Part shown: positions 36,801-49,202 of the stretch, in pieces
How the letters are laid out: every line of letters begins with the position of its first letter
Numbering within the stretch: the first letter of the stretch is position 1
Origin: Phyllobates terribilis
Taxonomy: Eukaryota
Reading direction: 5' to 3'
DNA length: 64,000 bases
NCBI RefSeq assembly: GCF_046119375.1
Contig: NW_027362767.1
Location: forward strand, 256,432,001-256,496,000
Program-made: the position numbers and the translations under genes
The notes under the pieces: generated by a model
What the model was told of the DNA's origin: nothing
The model's input: the letters and a program-made list of their open reading frames with translations, nothing else
The model's database searches: none

Positions 36801-38747
36801 AATAATGTAAGCTAGGACTAATTCATATTTGTAGAAACCCTGAGAAAAGCAATGTGAGGGCCCTCCAAATCACCATACAGTGCCCAAATACTACCAACCT
36901 ACATTGTGCCCAATTATAATACCATAGTGTACCAGGTAATATCATCCTATAGAGTGCCCAAATAATACCAATCTATATTGTGCCCAATTATAATACCATA
37001 GTGTACCAGGTAATATCATCCTATAGAGTGCCCAAATAATACCAATCTATATTGTGCCCAATTATAATACCATAGTGTACCAGGTAATATCATCCTATAG
37101 AGTGCCCAAATAATACCAACCTATATTGTGCCCAATTATAATACCAGAGTGTACCAGGTAATATCATCCTATAGAGTGCCCAAATAATACCAACCTATAT
37201 TGTGCCCAATTATAATACCAGAGTGTACCAGGTAATATCATCCTATAGTGTGCCCAAATAATACCAATCTATGTTGTGCCCAATTATAATACCATAGTGT
37301 ACCAGGTAATATCATCCTATAGAGTGACCAAATAATACCAATCTGTATTGTGCCCAATTATAATACCATAGTGTACCAGGTAATATCATCCTATAGAGTG
37401 CCCAAATAATACCAACCTATATTGTGCCCAATTATAATACCATAGTGTACCAAGTAATATCATCCTATAGAGTGCCCAAATAATACCAACCTATATTGTG
37501 CCCAATTATAATACCACAGTGTACCAGGTAATAGCATCCTATAAAGTGCCCAAATAATACCAATCTATATTGTGCCCAATTATAATACCAGAGTGTACCA
37601 GGTAATAGCATCCTAGAGAGTGCCCAAATACTATCATACAATACCCAAATATATCACCTGATCGCATACTACCATACTACCATAAGTGCCCAAATAAAAC
37701 CAATCTATAGCGTCCCTAATTATACTACCACAAAGTACCCCAAAAATATTGTCCTATAGCATGGCCAATTATACAACCATAAAGTGCCAAAATATTATAT
37801 ACCTATATGGTGACCAATTTTCCTACCAAACAGTACACAAATAATATCAACCTATAGCGTCCATAACTTTACTACCACAATGTACCCAAATTATAACGCA
37901 CCATGGAGTGCACGATTATACCACAATACAGTGGCCAAATATTTCCATAATTCACACATAGTTTTTCTTTTCAATACATTTCTTGCTTTTAGAAGTGGTC
38001 TATTGTTGGGTAACCTCCTGCTCACCTTGCTTTTTCAGGAGTGTTTCTTTCAGCGCTGTTTTTTCCGCATATACTGAGATATAAACCCGACAGTACATTA
38101 CACATCGCCATATACACTGGACAGGATTAGCGCAGTGAATCATGGCTGCTCACATTTCTGTAGTTCCCGCTCTTCTGCTTCTATCTCCTTGTCTAATTCC
38201 TGCTTCTCGGCCTCGCTTTGTTCCCGATCTGCACAGGTATAGAACCGCCATTAGATGCTGTTTTTAAAGCCGTCTTACATATCAGGATGTGACAGATTGT
38301 AAATTACTGAAGTGTAGAGAAACGTTTGTTTCCAAACCGAATCTTATAGAAGTTATTTCAATGTAGGAATAAGGGCCCCTGCTCATATCAGCTGGTAATG
38401 TAACGTAATTAATGTTAATGTGATACTCCACCTCTGTGGCCACTTTATAGATATATGAGAATAACAACCCCCACTATACATTGGAAATACTGTTATTAGC
38501 AACTATAATACAATGGCATGGAGGATGGGCGCCCTGTAATATTACATTTCCCCTGAAGGGGCGACATCCTTGTTACCTTTCTGGACCATGGTGATCTTCT
38601 TCAGGACATCGTCCATCTTTGGGTCCATACGTCCTGCGGTGTAATAAGAATGTGATACAGGAGGGGCCCTCACCTCCTATAGGTCCAGTGTATTCTGTAC
38701 ATACCTCCTCCCGACATGTCTGCAGTCTGGCCCAACAACGTTTCCAT
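30830..38747 (-). CDS. SYCE1L: Synaptonemal complex central element protein 1 family (SYCE1/SYCE1L-like, 279 aa)
   Basis: Exons 38747-38705, 38633-38577, 38228-38154, 38073-38026, 36743-36689, 35991-35902, 35547-35484, 32360-32294, 32194-32077, 31761-31672, 30962-30830; total 840 nt, all [19 protein letters not shown] and [18 protein letters not shown] resemble human SYCE1 AFEEQLEDLMGQHK and LFLRSQEAAATVQLFQEE. Adjacent to MON1B, as SYCE1L is in human. The start codon is provisional. Confidence 0.88.
32576..35383 (+). mobile_element. Degenerate Tc1 (DD34-type) transposon interrupted by a solo LTR
   Basis: 28-bp TIRs CACTGCTCAAAAAAATAA.GGGAACACT with TA TSD; motifs [24 protein letters not shown]; contains stops, a frameshift and a deletion. 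Confidence 0.93.
32999..34331 (+). mobile_element. Solo LTR nested in the Tc1
   Basis: TGTGGCGCCCCTGAGGGTTCG...GAGGCGTCACA; 4-bp TSD TCCA; the start resembles the LTR at 7146. Confidence 0.92.
36880..37630. repeat. 74-bp minisatellite (~10 copies) built from three ~25-bp subunits; degenerate tail to ~37935
   Basis: Period of 74 measured between 36963 and 37037. Confidence 0.93.
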
Positions 38748-38950
38748 GTCACTACATGAGAAACAGAACAGCTCAGATACACTCAGCTCAGTAGATTTGG
38801 TTTCCAGTACCATCTCGATGCTGATGACCCCATTATACACATCGTCTCCTGACCTCACCCTGCATTACTACAAGGCACCAGGGATTGTCTGTAACATCAT
38901 GTCCTCCCTCTATCTGAACCTGAATCTCTCCAAAACTGAATGTCTCCTTG

Positions 38951-41900
38951 CCGAGCTGTGTATCTAATCCTATCCTGTGTGATACTGTCTGCTGAGCCGT
39001 GTATCTAATCCTATCCTGTGTGATACTGTGTGCTGAGCCGTGTATCTAATCCTATCCTGTGTGATACTGTGTGCTGAGCCGTGTATCTAATCCTATCCTG
39101 TGTGATACTGTCTGCTGAGCTGTGTATCTAATCCTATCCTGTGTGATACTGTCTGATGAGCCGTGTACCTAATCCTATCATGTGTGATACTGTCCGCTGA
39201 GCTGTGTATCTAATCCTATCCTGTGTGATACTGTCTGATGAGCCGTGTACCTAATCCTATCCTGTATGATACTGTTTGCTGAGCTGTGTATCTAATCCTA
39301 TCATGTGTGATACTGTCTGCTGAGCCGTGTATCTAATCCTATCCTGTGTGATACTGTCTGCTGAGCCGTGTATCTAATCCCATCCTGTGTGATCCTGTCT
39401 GCTGAGCCGTGTATCTAATCCTATCCTGTGTGATACTGTCTGATGAGCCGTGTATCTAATCCTATCCTGTGTGATACAGTCTGATGAGCCATGTACCTAA
39501 TCCTATCCTGTGTGATACTGTCTGCTGAGCTGTGTATCTAATCCTATCCTGTGTGATACTGTCTGATGAGCCGTGTATCTAATCCTATCCTGTGTGATAC
39601 AGTCTGATGAGCCATGTACCTAATCCTATCATGTGTGATACTGTCTGCTGAGCTGTGTATCTAATCCTATCCTGTGTGATACTGTCTGCTGAGCTGTGTA
39701 TCTAATCCTATCCTGTGTGATACTGTCTGCTGAGCTGTGTATCTAATCCTATCCTGTGTGATACTGTCTGCTGAGCCGTGTATCTAATCTTATCCTGTGT
39801 GATACTGTCTGCTGAGCTGTGTATCTAATCCTCTCCTGTGAGATACTGTCTGCTGAGCTGTGTATCTAATCCTATCCTGTGTGATACTGTCTGCTGAGCT
39901 GTGTATCTAATCCTATCCTATGTGATACTGTCTTCTGAGCTGTGTATCTAATCCTATCCTGTGTGATACTGTCTGATGAGCCGTGTATCTAATCCTATCC
40001 TGTGTGATACTGTCTGCTGAGCCATGTATCTAATCCTATCCTGTGTGATACTGTCTGATGAGCTGTGTATCTAATCCTATTCTCTGTGATACTGTCTGCT
40101 GAGCTGTGTATCTAATCCTATTCTCTGTGATACTGTCTGCTGATCCGTGTATATAATCCTATCCTGTGTGATACTTAATGCTGAGCTGTGTATCTAATCC
40201 TATCCTGTGTGATACTGTCTGTTGAGCCGTGTATCTAATTCTATCCTGTGTGATACTGTCTGCTGAGCTGTGTATCTAATCCTATCCTGTGTGATACTAT
40301 CTGCTGAGCTGTGTATCTAATCCTATCCTGTGAGATACTGTCTGCTGAGATGTGTATCTAATCCTATCCTGTGAGATACTGTCTGCTGAGCTGTGTATCT
40401 AATCCTATACTGTGTGACACTGACTGCTGAGCTGTGTATCTAATCCTATCCTGCGTGATACTGTCTGCTGAGCTGTGTATCTAATCCTATCCTGTGTGAT
40501 ACTGTCTGCTGAGCCGTGTATCTAATCCTATCCTGTGTGATACTGTCTGCTGAGCCGTGTATCTAATCCTATCCTGTGTGATACTGTCTGCTGAGCTGTG
40601 TATCTAATCTTATTCTGTGTGATACTGTCTGCTGAGCTGTGTATCTAATCCTATTCTGTGTGATACTGTCTGCTGATCCGTGTATCTAATCCTATCCTGT
40701 GTGATACTGTCTGCTGAGCCGTGTATCTAATCCTATCCTGTGTGATACTGTCTGCTGAGCCGTGTATCTAATCCTATTCTGTGTGATAGTTTGCTCAACT
40801 GTGTATCTAATCCTATCCTGTGTGATACTGTCTAATGAGCAGTGTACCTAATCCTATCCTGTGTGACACAGTCTGCTCAACTGTGTATCTAATCCTATCC
40901 TGTGTGATACTGTCTGCTGATCCGTGTATCTAATCCTATCCTGTGTGATACTGTCTGCTGAGCCGTGTATCTAATCCTATCCTGTGTGATACTGTCTGCT
41001 CAACTGTGTATCTATTCCTATCCTGTGTGATACTGTCTGCTGAGCCGTGTATCTAATCCTATTCTCTGTGATACTGTCTGCTGATCCGTGTATCTAGTCC
41101 TATCCTGTGTGATACTTAATGCTGAGCTGTGTATCTAATCCTATTCTCTGAGATACTGTCTGCTGAGCTGTGTATCTAATCCTATCCTGTGTGATACTGT
41201 CTGCTGAGCTGTGTATCTAATCCTATCCTGTGTGATACTGTCTGCTGAGCTGTGTATGTAATCCTATCCTGTGTGATACTGTCTGCTGAGCCGTGTATCT
41301 AATCCTACCATGTGTTATACTGTCTGCTGAGCTGTGTATCTAATCCTACCCTGTGTGATACTGTCTGCTGAACTGTGTATCTAATCCTATCCTGTGTGAT
41401 ACTGTCTGCTGAGCCGTGTATCTAATCCTACCATGTGTGATACTGTCTGCTGAGCTGTGTATCTACTCATTTCCTGTGTGATACTGTCTGCTGAGCTGTG
41501 TACCTACTCCTTTCCTGTGTGATACTGTCTGCTGAGCCGAGTATCTAATCCTATCCTGTGTGATACTGTCTGCTGAGCTGTGTATCTAATCCTACCCTGT
41601 GTGATACTGTCTGCTGAGCCGTGTATCTAATCCTACCATGTGTTATACTGTCTGCTGAGCTGTGTATCTAATCCTACCATGTGTTATACTGTCTGCTGAG
41701 CTGTGTATCTAATCCTACCCTGTGTGATACTGTCTGCTGAGCTGTGTATCTAATCCTATCCTGTGTGATACTGTGTGCTGAGCCGTGTATCTAATCCTAC
41801 CATGTGTGATACTGTCTGCTGAGCTGTGTATCTAATCCTATCCTGTGTGATACTGTCTGCTGAGCTGTGTATCTACTCCTTTCCTGTGTGATACTGTCTG

Positions 41901-42187
41901 CTGAGCTGTGTATCTAATCCTATCCTGTGTGATCCTGTCTGCTGAGCTGTGTATCTAATCCTATCCTGTGTGATACTGTCTGCTGAGCTGTGTATCTAAT
42001 CCTCTCCTGTGTGATACTGTCTGCTGAGCTGTGTATCTAATCCTATCCTGTGTGATCCTGTCTGCTGAGCTGTGTATCTAATCCTATCCTGAGTGATACT
42101 GTCTGCTGAGCCGTGTATCTAATCCTATCCTGTGTGATACTGTCTGCTGAGCTTTGTATCTAATCCTTTCCTGTGTGATACTGTCTG
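38951..42187. repeat. 41-bp satellite (~79 copies)
   Basis: Unit CTGAGCTGTGTATCTAATCCTATCCTGTGTGATACTGTCTG. Confidence 0.98.
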
Positions 42188-42238
42188 ATCTGCCCTGGGC
42201 TGAGTGTGCCGTGTAGTATCCGGGGACGTTCTGTATTA

Positions 42239-42441
42239 GGCCACGGCCCCACTATCAGTATTCGGTCAGTATTTTTTCTCAGGAGTGGGAGCCAAAATAA
42301 GGTGAGGAACAATCAGAGAAAAGGTATAATAGAAACAAGTCACCAATTCTGTATTTATCACCCACTCCTGGTTTTGTCTCCTACTCCTGAGAAAAAATAC
42401 TGACCGAATACTGACCGAATACTGATAGTGGGGCCGTGGCC
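42239..42441. mobile_element. 203-bp palindromic MITE
   Basis: GGCCACGGCCCCACTATCAGTATTCGG...CCGAATACTGATAGTGGGGCCGTGGCC. Confidence 0.88.
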
Positions 42442-43713
42442 TCGGCCAGTCCAGACATGTCTACCTGTTCCCACACCGATCTCCAGTAACTACTGATGCA
42501 TGAGGACACGCCGGGAGACCAGATCACTCCAACCAATCAGAAACTGTCTTTCATCCATAGAGCACAGGGTGGAGATGGAAGCAGGGACATGATAGGTGGC
42601 CTGCATTTACCTCAGCAATCACCTCATGAGGTAATTATCCCCCAGTCATCCATGTCAGAAGCAGCGATGGGCAGGTTACTCCGCATTATCCAGAGCCCGG
42701 CCTTTCTGTACAGGCCAGCATTACTGCAACCACAGCCATCTGAAGCCACAATCCACCTGACAGACCCCAGTACAAGGCAATAGGATATGTTTGAAGACTC
42801 AGAATAAGAAAAACATGGTGGCTTTCTTACAGCAACAGCACCAACCCTGACCCTGTGTTGTGTCCGGTATTGCAGCTCCCATCACATAAATGGGGCTGAG
42901 TTGTAATACCGGACACAACCCATGGTCAGGGGCAGCGCTGCTTCGGTCAGAAAGCAGTCATGGTACCCGTCATGGCTGAGTAATGACCAGACACTACTGT
43001 AACGAGCTGCAAATGGCATAAGAGTCGCCGCCATGTACCACAAATGGTGGTAAGGAGAAGTGGGCTGTTACCATAGTAACCCAGCAGGTCATGGCTTTCA
43101 GTTAAAAATTGGGAGCTGAAATAATTAGTTGCTATGGCAACAACCCCAGCAGTTTTGATAAATCCCCTTTACCCTCTCATGACTGGGCATGATTGTTTTT
43201 TTTTTTAAGGGAGTAAAGAGGGGGAGGTGCAATGAACCAAAATAACAATTCTGGAGCTCATGATTTTCTTTTTGGCATTATGTATGAATTAAATAATTTT
43301 ATACTTTGATAACTAGGACCTATTATGAACAAGACAAGACCAAATATGTTTACTTTTATTTTTTTTAGTTTTAGAAATTGATCATCTCCTATGCAGGGGG
43401 ACCTATATAAGGAAAAAAATGGTACTGAAGGGGCCTTCAGCAGTTCCCAGGCTCCCATCTATGACAGCCCCGTAATTGTGTTGTGGGATAGTGAATAGGA
43501 GACGTGTATGCGCTCACCAGCAACCTGGCTATTTAAATGCCGCTGTCACAGATTGACAGTAGCATCTAAATGGTTAAACAGCAGGGAGCAAAGCAAGCCC
43601 TGGTAGCTGCTGACACAGGCAGATGCCGGCTGTATGGGCCCACTCCATACACATGCACCCGACTGTAAGGTAGTTATGTCAGAGTGCACACAGAATAGGA
43701 AACAAATCTATAT

Positions 43714-45315
43714 CATACATGTCAAACTCGCCCACAGGTTGGTTATATTTGGCCCGCGCAACCAGAACCACCCCAACCCTATGTGGGGTCATTATTCTGT
43801 ATAGAAGGCAATGTGGGCCCATAATACTATAAAGAGGACTATGTGGGGCCCATTATCCTGTATGGAAAGCAATGTGGGGCCCATAATACTATAATGAGGA
43901 CTATGTGGGGCCCATTACTCCGTACGAGGACTATGTGGGGCCCATTATTCTGTATAGAGGACTATGTGGGGCCCATTATTCTGTATGGAGGACTATGTGG
44001 GGCCCATTATTCTGTATAGAGGACTATGTGGGGCCCATTATTCTGTATGGAGGACAATGTGGGGCCCGTTATTCTGTATAGAGGACTATGTGGGGCCCAT
44101 TATTCCGTACGAGGACTATGTGGGGCCCATTATTCCGTACGAGGACTATGTGGGGCCCATTATTCCGTACGAGGACTATGTGGGGCCCATTATTCCGTAC
44201 GAGGACTATGTGGGGCCCGTTATTCTGTATGGAGGACTATGTGGGGCCCATTATTCCGTACGAGGACTATGTGGGGCCCATTATTCCGTACGAGGACTAT
44301 GTGGGGCCCATTATTCCGTACGAGGACTATGTGGGGCCCATTATTCTGTATGGAGGACTATGTGGGGCCATTATTCTGTATGGAGGACTATGTGGGGCCC
44401 ATTATTCTGTATGGAGGACTATGTGGGGCCCATTATTCTGTATGGAGGACTATGTGGGGCCCATTATTCTGTATGGAGGACTATGTGGGGCCCGTTATTC
44501 TGTATGGAGGACTATGTGGGGCCCGTTATTCTGTATGGAGGACTATGTGGGGCCTGTTATTCTGTATGGAGGACTATGTGGGGCCTGTTATTCTGTATGG
44601 AGGATTATGTGGGGCCCATTATTGTGTGGAGGACTATGTAGGGCCCGTTATTCTGTATGGAGGACTATGTGGGGCCCATTATACTGTATGGAGGACTATG
44701 TGAGGCCCATTATACTGTATGGAGGACTATGTGAGGCCCATTATACTGTATGGAGCACTATGTGGGGCCCATTATTCTGTATGGAGGACTATGCGAGGCC
44801 CATTATACTGTATGGAGGACTATGCGGGGCCCATTATTCTGTATGGATGACTATGTGGGGCCCATTATTCTGTATGGATGACTATGTGGGGCCCATTATT
44901 CTGTATGGATGACTATGTGGGGCCCATTATTCTGTATGGAGGACTATGTGGGACCCATTATATTGTATGGAGGACTATGTGGGGCCCATTATACTGTATG
45001 GAGGACTATGTGGGGCCCGTTATTCTGAATGGAGAACTATGTGGGGCTCATTATTCTGTATGGATGACTATGTGGGGCCCATTATTCTGTATGGATGACT
45101 ATGTGGGGCCCATTATTCTGTATGGAGGACTATGTGGGACCCATTATACTGTATGGAGGACTATGTGGGGCCCATTATACTGTATGGAGGACTATGTGGG
45201 GCCCGTTATTCTGTATGGAGGACTATGTGGGGCTCATTATCCTGTATATTGGTTATCCCGCGCCTTTGTCCAAGTTTTTCATTTTGGCCCTCTGTGTTTC
45301 AGTTTGACATCCCTG
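43714..45315. mobile_element. hAT-like non-autonomous element containing a 31-bp minisatellite
   Basis: 15-bp TIRs CATACATGTCAAACT / CAGGGATGTCAAACT (12/15); GGCCCGCG subterminal motif; no clean 8-bp TSD. Confidence 0.6.
43779..45248. repeat. 30/31-bp minisatellite (~47 copies)
   Basis: Unit GGAGGACTATGTGGGGCCCATTATTCTGTAT. Confidence 0.97.
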
Positions 45316-46506
45316 TGTATTATGAAGACCTCCATGGCACAATCACATTGCCAGAAGTGCACGTTTTGTTTCTTGTGGAAGTCATTCTGGTGTAGTTCTG
45401 CAGCACATGGCTTCATTTGTTCAGTCACAGACCCAATAAGATTTCCGAGATTTTTCAGAATTGCTCTACTAAAAACGGTGCGGATGACGTCATTATAAAC
45501 ATAAACCAGGGTGTAACATTTATTTAATCTTGTAGAACGGAAAATCTCAACATTCTGGAATTATAAAACAGCAATTATAAAAATCTGTGAATCCAATAAA
45601 AAAACAAAATAGATTGATATTTTGTATGAAAACCCTGAACGGTCAGCGCCCTTTTCTGGAGCAGGTGCTGCACAGTGTTCTTGTGTCAGAAAACAAATCC
45701 CCTTAGTATAATATTATGCCTCAGTACAATGGTGAGTTCAATACAGAGAGAGGAGATAAAAGAGGTTCAGCATACAGCCGAGCGGCACTGAAAAGGCCTC
45801 AGAGGAAGCACTTGCACTTCAAGTTGTGTATTTAGAACAAGATATCTCTTTAGGAACGGCTGATACTGGCAGGCTGTGTATTAAAAACAGGATCCGTCAT
45901 CAGGGGCAGACGTTACATGTACAGTTCTGAAACATGTTGGTCATGTCCAGCGTATGATAATCCACCAGTCTCTTCGATCTCATCACCATGTTTTACTAGT
46001 AACGCTGCAACACTACTTGTGTTCTCCAGTAATTTTACGGCGTACGATCATCACAGTGAGGGGGGGGGGGGTCAACATCTGCCCATCCCAATCCCCCAAG
46101 AATCTGCCTCACTAAATAATAAAGTGCTAAAGGTGACCAACCCCCTTTAAAGACACCCTGTTAGCAGTTTCATACTGCCCAAGACATGGTCAACCTGAAA
46201 TCTAGTAGGCTCCATCATTTCAGAAAGCCATGCCTTACTCTGGTGAGAGACGCCTGGGAGGGGGAAGAGATGTGCTGAGAAGCTCCCTCCTGGCTTCTCC
46301 CTACCTGACTCAGTTTAATAGGTTTCTCAGTATAGTGGAGAAATATCAATCAGTCAGGTGAGTAGTTGGGGCAGCTGCCTGGCGCCTCTTTCCCCCATGC
46401 TTGGTCACTTTCTGCAATGAGTGAGCTAGTCTACACATTGTTGGGGCAGCACAAACCGACTGCCAGGTTCCCTTCATATTCTATTTTCCAACTGATTCAG
46501 GGTATA

Positions 46507-46872
46507 GGCCCACGATCAGGATATAGCAGCACTTGGAAGAAGAGTATTTTAGCTGCTTCCAAAACACTGTGTTCTAATCACACAGGTAAATCCGCATGTG
46601 TTCATTGAACAATGAGGATAAACGGCATCTAGTGACATGCTATTGGGGAAATTTCTGTTGCGAAGACTAGTTTCTCTGCAACAGAAATTGTCATGCTGCA
46701 GCTCGTAAAGCCAAGTCGCGGGTGAGTTTACACGGAGTCAAATAACAGCAGTGGGCATGAGAGTTCTACGATACAAGCACAGTGGATGGGCTTTATAGAA
46801 CGCAGCGTTATGGACGCAGCGCAGGTGAGCCGAGTCCAAAACACTGTTCTTCCTGATCGTGGGCACGCAGCC
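46507..46872. mobile_element. MITE related to the 26508-26891 / 49857-50243 module
   Basis: GCCCACGATCAGG...CCTGATCGTGGGCACGCAGCC|TTA. Confidence 0.7.
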
Positions 46873-47309
46873 TTAGAGGTTGGAGTTTTGCAATATCTGT
46901 ATCCCGGTAAAGGTAAGACGGAGGGAATGTGAATATATCCTCAACAGACCATTATATTTGGAAATGCCTGAATATGGGGTTAGAATAAGTTAAAGCAGCT
47001 GCACATATGGTGTATTTTTCTATTGGCATGGCCCCCCAGTAATGCCAATAACAGCCTGAAAACGTGGCCTATAAAAAGTCAGTGTTGGTTCTCTCACTTC
47101 TGCATCCAGAGGTCAGTACCATCAAATCTGCTGTACACCAGTATGGGACGTACGGTCTGTCACACACACACACGTCCCCGCAGGTATGGGAAGACGGGAT
47201 GTCACCGGCCCCAATCATCTCTCCATGTACAATTGAGAGGAGCAGCATTAACCCTTTAAAGGTCACCACCTTTTCAGAGCCGATTGGTCATTCAGAACTA
47301 ACACTTTAA

Positions 47310-47608
47310 AGGGTTACTTCCATCTCCAAGCTCCTGTCCCAATATGTAGTAGGTATAATATTAGTAAATACCTCCAATTAGAAATGTGCAGGACCTTAGG
47401 TATCCATGGTTACAACCACTAGCATCTAGCGGTCACTATATCAGTGGTCGTTACCATGGATAGCTAAGGTCCTGCAATGCCTGCACATGAGGAAAGAGAC
47501 ATAGCGAATCAGAAGAACTATACTACATTTCTAATTGGAGGTATTTGCTAATAATATTATTACACCTACTACATATTAGGATAGGATCTTGGGGATGGGA
47601 ATACCTCT
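47310..47608. mobile_element. 299-bp TTAA-flanked (T2/Kolobok-like) MITE
   Basis: TTAA TSD on both sides; palindromic arms. Confidence 0.85.
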
Positions 47609-48319
47609 TTAAATAGATGTTGGATAAAACCACCAATTTCAGCAAGATCAGCAGACAAACTATAATGTATGTGGGTGTCCTGCCAGCAGCAGGAGGGAAA
47701 AGGGTTGGACATGTTGCATTTCATCATGTCTGATCCTTTGTTCTCAGGGGAGATAAGCGTCTGGCTTACGACTCCCTATAGTGTATGGTATGCTTAATAT
47801 AAGCAGCAGATTCACAGCGGTTATCAGTGGCGACATCAAGGCACCAAGTGTCTGATAGTTCTCATATAAAGCTTGACATAGAGAGAAGCCAGTGGTCCAG
47901 ATAAGGAGCCCTCGTCTTCACAGGGGCCACAGTCCATGAATCCCAGATAGGAGTCCTCGTCTTCATGGGGGGCAATCCAGTGGCCCAGAAAAAGAGGCTT
48001 CATCTTCACAGGAATCAATGTACGGGGTCCCAAGTAAACCACCCTCAGCTTCACAGGGGCCACAGCCCAAATAGGAGCCCTCAGCTTCACAGGTGCCATA
48101 GTCCAGTGGCCCAGATAGGAGCCCTGACTGAGCTTCACAGTGGCCACAGTCCCGATCACGTAGAATAACAGGGGCCCCAGCTCTGCTGGAGTAGTGATTC
48201 CCATCATGTGTCTGAACAGTGGTTCCAATACTACAACTCCCAGCAAGCCTTGGGTACCACTGGTCTTCGGAGTCACATAGGCCGTGGTCTCCGCTCCACA
48301 GTGGGGCCCTGTCCAGCCA

Positions 48320-48919
48320 TTACACGGGCAGGGCTTTGGAGACCCCTCTCCTCATCAGACTCCCGCACAGTCCGCTGATGTAGCGCCTCCCCGCGGCGCC
48401 GCCCGGTAACATGCCCAGCAGCAGCGCTGCGCCGGTGATGATCTGCGCGCCGGCCCCCAGTAATGTGAGAGGGGTGCTCCGGAAGCCCAGCGCCGCGTAC
48501 AGCGTGCCCCCCAGAGCGGCCAGGTAGAAGAAGGCCCAGGGGTCGGGCTCCCGGAGCATGCGGCTGGGGCCCCGCAGGAGGCCGGCGGCACACAGGCCCA
48601 GAAGCGAGCCCATAGACCACAGCATGGCGAACTTCCGAGCCCGGAGCAACAGCAGCGGCACATAGAGTCCGGCCAGGGTGAAGCACAGAGCGGCCATGCC
48701 CGCACACACACCGGCCGCCATCAGCCTCTGAGTCCCGGACATCCCCGGCAGGAAAGGATCCGCATCCATAGGACTCCATGACCACGAGAGGCCGCCGCTG
48801 GGAGGGGAGAACCAGGCCCGCCACCCCGGCTCCGAGCGCTCGGAGGCCGCAGAACTGCCGCTGCTCCCGGCCTTATTCTGCGCTACGTACTCCTGTAACT
48901 GCCGGCCTAGGTCCGCCAT
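48320..48919 (-). CDS. SFT2D3: Vesicle transport protein SFT2C (intronless, 199 aa)
   Basis: MADLGRQLQEY start; PLLLLRARKFAMLWSMGS, YLAALGGTLYAAL; four hydrophobic segments; GC-rich single exon. Confidence 0.93.
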   Translation of the reverse strand: MADLGRQLQEYVAQNKAGSSGSSAASERSEPGWRAWFSPPSGGLSWSWSPMDADPFLPGMSGTQRLMAAGVCAGMAALCFTLAGLYVPLLLLRARKFAMLWSMGSLLGLCAAGLLRGPSRMLREPDPWAFFYLAALGGTLYAALGFRSTPLTLLGAGAQIITGAALLLGMLPGGAAGRRYISGLCGSLMRRGVSKALPV

Positions 48920-49202
48920 GGTGACAACGTCCGCCTCTGTCAGTGTAAATAAAGCTGGATGAACGTCTCCATGGCAACTGGACTTCCGCTTTTGTCACCT
49001 TGATGGGCTGTGCCAGAGAGAGCTCTGCTTGGCGAGATTCCCGCCGTGTCAGTGTAAATAAAGCTTTTCACTCTGCACAGTGTACGTTTAATAAAGCTCG
49101 GCAGAATTTTTTTTTGCTGTGACGGCTTCCTTACTGGCGAGCGGCCATTTTTGCGGAGACTACGATTCGTGAGCTCCGCCCAGAGAGGCGCTAGAGGAAA
49201 CG
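48920..49202. promoter_or_regulatory. Bidirectional CpG-rich promoter SFT2D3/FTSJ1, with the FTSJ1 non-coding exon 1
   Basis: ETS-like ACTTCCG (~48982), YY1-like GCGGCCATTTT (49141), GC box, donor CG|GTGAGT at 49203. Confidence 0.75.

Noticed and set aside
38951-42187. CRISPR-like regular repeats
   Set aside because: Head-to-tail units with no unique spacers, no cas genes and a eukaryotic context.
43964-45498. Several 200-270 aa ORFs (MWGPLFC...)
   Set aside because: Translations of the 31-bp minisatellite.
47836-48276. 146-aa ORF downstream of SFT2D3
   Set aside because: It derives from a degenerate ~40-bp tandem repeat in the probable 3' UTR.
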